A stretch of 64,000 nucleotides of DNA, from assembly GCA_965178125.1 (NCBI GenBank), contig OZ237744.1, positions 868,001 to 932,000 on the forward strand, read 5' to 3'. Shown here piece after piece: positions 63,199 to 64,000 of this stretch. The stretch comes from Bilabrum cf. latius (taxonomy: Eukaryota). The stretch's first letter is position 1, and each line of letters starts with the position of its first letter. Below the pieces are notes generated by a model. The model ran no database searches. It was not told where the DNA came from and worked only from the letters and a program-made list of their open reading frames with translations. The position numbers and the translations under genes were made by a program.

Positions 63199-64000
63199 AT
63201 GGATGGGTTCCTCGGGAAAGCCGCGGAGATGATGGAGGCAGCGTGAGCTGGCTACTTGTTGTGTCACCCCTGTCAACCATGGCGACAAGTGGAACGCTCA
63301 ACGCGTTGCCCATCGCCATATTCGTGTCTGAACGCATAACTGGCTCCTGTTGGTATTCCGTGGTACCGTACGAGTCTCACTGGCTTCGATCGCTCCATCG
63401 CAGTAAGAACGCCTTGCAAAACAAGACCGAGACTGAGATCAAGCTAGACAAAGCTCTTAGCAAGGAAAAGTAGGGCAGTGATACTAAGGAGCTTCTCTAG
63501 ATTGCCAGGCTGACACATGACTACGCTGAGCGCAGCGTGATCTTGAACAGCGTCTGGGAGGCAATGAACCATGCTGGCAAGAACTGGCTCCAAATTTTCA
63601 AGGCCCTGAACCTTTTGGAGTTTCTGATCAAGAACGGGGCCGAGAGGGTTATCGATTAGGCGCGCGAGCGAATGTTTCGAATCCGCACCCTTCAGGATTT
63701 CGCGCACAGCGAGGACGGCATCGACAAGGGCGCAGGCAGTGAGTGTATCTGCTTGAGGGGATAGCAAAGATGCGTGCAGCTCCCATATACTGCATCATAG
63801 ACTCTTTCCGCTCTGCCTTTCCGCCCCAATTTTCTCTGCTACTCGCAGTTCGGAAGAAGGCCCGGGAGCTGGTTGAGCTGCTGCAGGACACCAAGAAGAT
63901 CCGCGAGGAGCGCGAAAAGGCCCGAAAGCTGATGCAGCGAATTCTCGGGGGATCGGTAGGGTCTGGTCACGGTAAGTTCCTCTGAAGAAATGCGATACCT
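63199..64000 (+). CDS. ENTH-domain protein (epsin/CLINT1-like), 3'-partial
   Basis: Introns 63243..63403 and 63739..63848, with a third donor at 63972. The product KNALQNKTETEIKLDKALS...GKNWLQIFKALNLLEFLIKNGAERVID*ARE...IRTLQDF...DKGAGIRKKARELVELL is a clear ENTH fold with three internal TAGs. Confidence 0.9.

Noticed and set aside
1-64000. Cluster of pseudogenes or a low-quality assembly
   Set aside because: The interruptions are exclusively TAG, with no frameshifts or internal TAA/TGA over tens of kb, including in conserved genes.

Overview
A gene-dense stretch of eukaryotic (protist) nuclear DNA with short GT-AG introns. The ORF track is fragmented because this genome does not use the standard code: TAG is a sense codon, most likely Gln, while TAA and TGA are the stops. 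Read that way, the window resolves into about 17 tightly packed genes: a partial Cys/Trp-rich protein, a secreted aldose-1-epimerase-like protein, BBIP1/BBS18, a hypothetical protein, RNASEH2B, an LRR+ankyrin protein, FAM184-like, an IQ-motif giant, kinesin-14, ATG2-like, COMMD10, TMEM62-like, a ~4,980-aa pseudo-cyclophilin with a 12.7-kb WG/GA-rich coding tandem array, TAF13-like, a ~2,640-aa Lys-Pro repeat/coiled-coil protein, a CDK9/12/13-type kinase and a partial ENTH/epsin gene. All 15 complete 3' ends are TAA (5) or TGA (10). BBIP1 suggests a flagellated organism. I found no RNA genes, CRISPR arrays or mobile elements. Family calls come from motifs I recognised by eye, not from database searches.
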